From contig JAADGS010000027.1 of assembly GCA_013152275.1 (NCBI GenBank), positions 178,336 through 198,335 on the forward strand: 20,000 bases of DNA, written 5' to 3'. The stretch comes from Actinomycetota bacterium. Its GTDB lineage: Bacteria; Actinomycetota; Acidimicrobiia; Spongiisociales; UBA4744. Positions 17,459 through 20,000 of the stretch are shown here, one piece after another; the first letter of the stretch is position 1, and the number at the start of each line of letters is the position of its first letter. Both the position numbers and the translations under genes were made by a program. The notes beneath the pieces were generated by a model. It worked only from the letters and a program-made list of their open reading frames with translations. It was not told where the DNA came from and did no database searches.

Positions 17459-17736
17459 TGCGCAACTTGGTACCGTCACCGCCGTCGCAGGCAGATATCC
17501 GGGACATGCTGCGGGGGCTCCTCGCTGGCAGTCTGTCGCGCGAGGAGGTTTCGAGATGGGCTCAGCGGTGGGTCGGGGCGGTAGATCCAGGGATCGACGA
17601 CCCTGTTGTGTGGCGTGCGCTGACACGGCTAGGCGGCGTCGACCTGCGCGCCAGCACTGACGAGTACCTGTACTACGACCCCGACTTTCACTCGTGGCTG
17701 GATGAGGTGGAGGATGCTATCGATCCTGGCGACTAG
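17455..17736 (+). CDS. Putative immunity protein 4 (93 aa)
   Basis: GTGA overlap with toxin 4; helical, acidic (SREEVSRWA...YLY...DF.SWL). Confidence 0.75.
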   Translation: MMRNLVPSPPSQADIRDMLRGLLAGSLSREEVSRWAQRWVGAVDPGIDDPVVWRALTRLGGVDLRASTDEYLYYDPDFHSWLDEVEDAIDPGD

Positions 17737-18331
17737 GAATCCGCGACCTGCAGGTGTTCTCAACCGCTTGATCGGGATCGCGCTTCTCGTCGTCCTTTTC
17801 TTGGTCGTAGCCCCACCTACGATGGCCGGACTCGACTACGACCTCACGGGTCCTGTTGATGGGACTGTGATGGTTTCGGCCACTGACCTGCCTGTTCAGT
17901 CGGTTCCCTTCCCGGGCAGTAATGCCGGACACGTCTACGACTCCCTCCACTATCGACATGCCACAAACGAGACAGCTGGCGTTGGGACAAGCATCGTCAA
18001 GTACGAACCGTATCCACCCGCCGCGACGAGTCCGGGAGGGTTCTGGGGAGCACCTGTTCGGAACAGGCTTCGCCCCGGAACGATCATTTCGCGCTACGGC
18101 GGGGAGGGCGGGACGTACGCCTCACCGGCGGGAACACCGTTCTCTGCCAGAGCGCTCCCGCCAGCGCAAGAAGCACTGGGTGAGAGCCTCTACACAGTCA
18201 CACAGCCGCTCGACGTCGATGCCGGCATCGCCGCCTGGTGGCAAGGAGGTGGCGGAGGGATCCAGTACAGACTTCCGGCCTCGGTGTCGGAACTCCTTGA
18301 GAGCGGATTCCTGAAGAGGCTGGATCTATGA
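17702..18331 (+). CDS. Cassette toxin 5: signal-like segment + YD/ATN module + TNT (tuberculosis necrotizing toxin-like NAD+ glycohydrolase) domain
   Basis: L.PGTIISRYGGEGGTYASPAGTPFSARALPP...Y.V..PL.V.AG..A.W..GGG.QY..P.SV.ELLE.GFL matches the TNT pattern; start uncertain (17702 or 17714). Confidence 0.88.
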   Translation: MRWRMLSILATRNPRPAGVLNRLIGIALLVVLFLVVAPPTMAGLDYDLTGPVDGTVMVSATDLPVQSVPFPGSNAGHVYDSLHYRHATNETAGVGTSIVKYEPYPPAATSPGGFWGAPVRNRLRPGTIISRYGGEGGTYASPAGTPFSARALPPAQEALGESLYTVTQPLDVDAGIAAWWQGGGGGIQYRLPASVSELLESGFLKRLDL

Positions 18332-18570
18332 ACCGCCGCGATCTTCGACGGTGCGCTGAGGCCGAGGGTATTCGAGAGACGGCCTACAGTCTTGAGGGAG
18401 GACTGCCACCCGAGACGTACGTGCTTGCGCTCGAGGAGGGCGGATGGTCCGTCTACTACTCCGAACGCGGCTCACGCGTTGATGAGCGCCACTTCGATAC
18501 AGAGGACGAGGCATGTTCGGACCTGCTGCTTCGACTCGTGGAGGACCCAACCACGCGTGAGCGGCGATGA
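18328..18570 (+). CDS. Putative TNT immunity protein (Imm59-like, 80 aa)
   Basis: ATGA overlap; WSVYYSERG....F.TEDEAC pattern of small proteins found next to TNT toxins. Confidence 0.8.
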   Translation: MNRRDLRRCAEAEGIRETAYSLEGGLPPETYVLALEEGGWSVYYSERGSRVDERHFDTEDEACSDLLLRLVEDPTTRERR

Positions 18571-18706
18571 CGTTCTCTGGTGCCGACAGCGAGCGCATGG
18601 CCACGCTCCGGTGGGTCGGAGCCGTGCCTGCTCCGATCTTCGTGATGAAGGATGACCCTACGCCCTTCTTTGGCCGTACCGATACCTCGGTCGAGGACCA
18701 GACCCC

Positions 18707-19324
18707 ATGATGGCGGCCGTGCGGTCGGGTCGGTCGAGGTGGCAGTCGTGGCCGCTGTTCGTGGCTGTTCTCGTGTTCTCTGTACTGGCTGGGCCGGTGG
18801 CGAATCCTCAGTGGGCGTACGGCTACGACGGGCCTTCCTCGATCTACGACGGCCTGGGCACCGTCGCGTCAGTCGATGGACCCATCGGCGGTAGCCCCGT
18901 GCTTTCGGCGACCGTGGACGCCGATCGGTACTCCGGGTTCATCCACGACTCCTCCGGCTACGCATCTGCCACAAACGGCGCAAGAGGTGTTCGTGGACTG
19001 TCTGGTGCTGGCGACGAATTGGCTCAGGGTGGCGTCTACGCGCTACGTGATCCCGTCACGGGGCAGGTCGTGCGAACGGGACGAACGAGCGATCTGATTC
19101 GGCGTGCAGGTGAGCACCTACGTGATCCGGCGCTGGCCGACTACGAGTTCGAGATCATTGCTCGAACTGACATCTATGCACAGCAGCGAGGGCTTGAACA
19201 GCTCATCCACGAGGCGTACTCGCCTCCTCTGAATCTGATCCGGCCAATCAACCCGACGAATCCGAGTGTGACTACCTACTTGGACGCGGCGGCTGAGTTC
19301 TTGTCGACATACGGAGGCGGCTAG
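18707..19324 (+). CDS. Cassette toxin 6: signal-like segment + YD/HD/ATN module + GIY-YIG (Tox-URI-like) nuclease tip
   Basis: WPLFVAVLVFSVLAG; GFIHD..ATN; tip GGVYALRD...VVRTGRT.DL.RR..EH...RGLEQ...LN.I.PI. Confidence 0.8.
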   Translation: MMAAVRSGRSRWQSWPLFVAVLVFSVLAGPVANPQWAYGYDGPSSIYDGLGTVASVDGPIGGSPVLSATVDADRYSGFIHDSSGYASATNGARGVRGLSGAGDELAQGGVYALRDPVTGQVVRTGRTSDLIRRAGEHLRDPALADYEFEIIARTDIYAQQRGLEQLIHEAYSPPLNLIRPINPTNPSVTTYLDAAAEFLSTYGGG

Positions 19325-19798
19325 ATGACGAAGAAGCTGCCCTATACCAATGGTGATCTTGTTGCCGTGCCGCTCCGCGAGGGGCTTGGATATGCAGTCG
19401 GTCTCATCGTGGCTCATGACGGTCTGGGTGGGGTGATCGGCTACTTCTTCAATCTGCGGTTTGATGCGATTCCGACCGTTGACGCGGCAGGGGCTTGGGG
19501 GCGCTCTGATGTACTGAGGGTGATGCGTTTCGGCGATCTGGGGTTGATCCGGGGCGATTGGGTGGTTCTCGGCGAGCATCCTGAGTGGCGACCTTGTGAT
19601 TGGCCGATTCCTGCCTTTGGGAGACGCGAGCCTACGGGTAGGGCATTCAGGGTCACTTACTCGGCCGAGGATCTTCGCGGGCCAGCCCGCGAGGAACTGA
19701 TCGACGACGATGAGTGCGACCGTCTGCCTCGAGACGCCCTCAGCGGCTCGGGTGCTGTCGAGCGAGTTCTGACCCATCTGCTATCCGTGGACACCTAG
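19325..19798 (+). CDS. Immunity protein, Imm26-like (157 aa)
   Basis: Abuts the toxin 6 stop; Y..GDLVAVPL..G.GYAVGLI, FGDLGLI.G.W.VLG. Confidence 0.8.
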   Translation: MTKKLPYTNGDLVAVPLREGLGYAVGLIVAHDGLGGVIGYFFNLRFDAIPTVDAAGAWGRSDVLRVMRFGDLGLIRGDWVVLGEHPEWRPCDWPIPAFGRREPTGRAFRVTYSAEDLRGPAREELIDDDECDRLPRDALSGSGAVERVLTHLLSVDT

Positions 19799-19800
19799 CC

Positions 19801-20000
19801 ATGACCCCGATTGTCGGAGCTGTCTCTCCAGTGCCACGTCGAGGTCAGAGCTGCGCGGCTTGGTGGACGGTGACGGTGATGCTGCTGAGTTTCGTTTCCC
19901 TGCTCGCAGTTTCTCCCGCGGCCCACGGGTCCAACCAGGCTGCACTTGGGTACTACTACAACGGCTCGATTCCAGACGCTGCGCCTACGACAGTTCCTGC
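19801..20000 (+). CDS. Cassette toxin 7, N-terminal part (runs off the window)
   Basis: Manual translation MTPIVG...WWTVTVMLLSFVSLLAVSPAAHGSNQAALGYYYNGSIPDAAPTTVP: signal-like segment, then YN-x8-TTV in register with cassettes 2 and 3. Confidence 0.72.
   Translation, partial: MTPIVGAVSPVPRRGQSCAAWWTVTVMLLSFVSLLAVSPAAHGSNQAALGYYYNGSIPDAAPTTVP

Larger units (their letters stand above)
14334..18976 (+). repeat. Dispersed direct repeat GCCACAAAC (6 copies) at the toxin-tip junctions
   Basis: Copies at 14334, 15219, 16108, 17111, 17960 and 18968, all in frame as Ala-Thr-Asn. Confidence 0.92.

Noticed and set aside
18571..18706. Extra gene in the 136-nt gap before toxin 6 (18652-18894 or 18392-18655)
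   Set aside because: Both overlap better-supported genes in other frames and show no motif or RBS support.
14334..18976. CRISPR array or classical integron attC array
   Set aside because: Repeats are only 9 bp, lie inside ORFs about 850-1010 bp apart; no cas or intI gene in the window, and no evident RYYYAAC...GTTRRRY palindromic pairs between genes.

Overview
High-GC window, probably actinobacterial (inferred from gene families and a likely leaderless promoter), with two accessory blocks separated by a decayed ISL3 transposase. Block 1 (1-11.8 kb) is a putative metal-responsive island. It holds a MerR-family regulator and four similar TTGACA-N20-TAnnnn promoters with a shared dyad. These promoters face (i) a YHS protein plus a stripped-down complex I-like operon (nuoA, an Fe-S-less NuoB/NuoD fusion, nuoH, J, K, L, M; no nuoC/E/F/G/I at their usual positions), (ii) an ABC exporter, (iii) a lone Tat-type Rieske protein and (iv) a 20-aa His/Cys peptide. 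A BlaI/M56 pair follows. Block 2 (12.7-20 kb) is a polymorphic toxin locus: a short Rhs-core protein with an EndoU-like tip, then at least five more toxin-immunity pairs (THIP-type RNase-like, ART-like, unassigned, TNT, GIY-YIG/URI-like) and the start of a seventh toxin. Each downstream toxin has its own signal-peptide-like N-terminus and a gapless 44-codon module [YH]D-x28-G-x2-[YH]D-x6-ATN. All six toxin tips start after the invariant DNA 9-mer GCCACAAAC, and TACGAC-like boxes sit at fixed distances in two reading frames. This suggests a cassette or recombination system, or a secretion module, that I cannot match to a described one. All family calls are by eye; no database searches were run.
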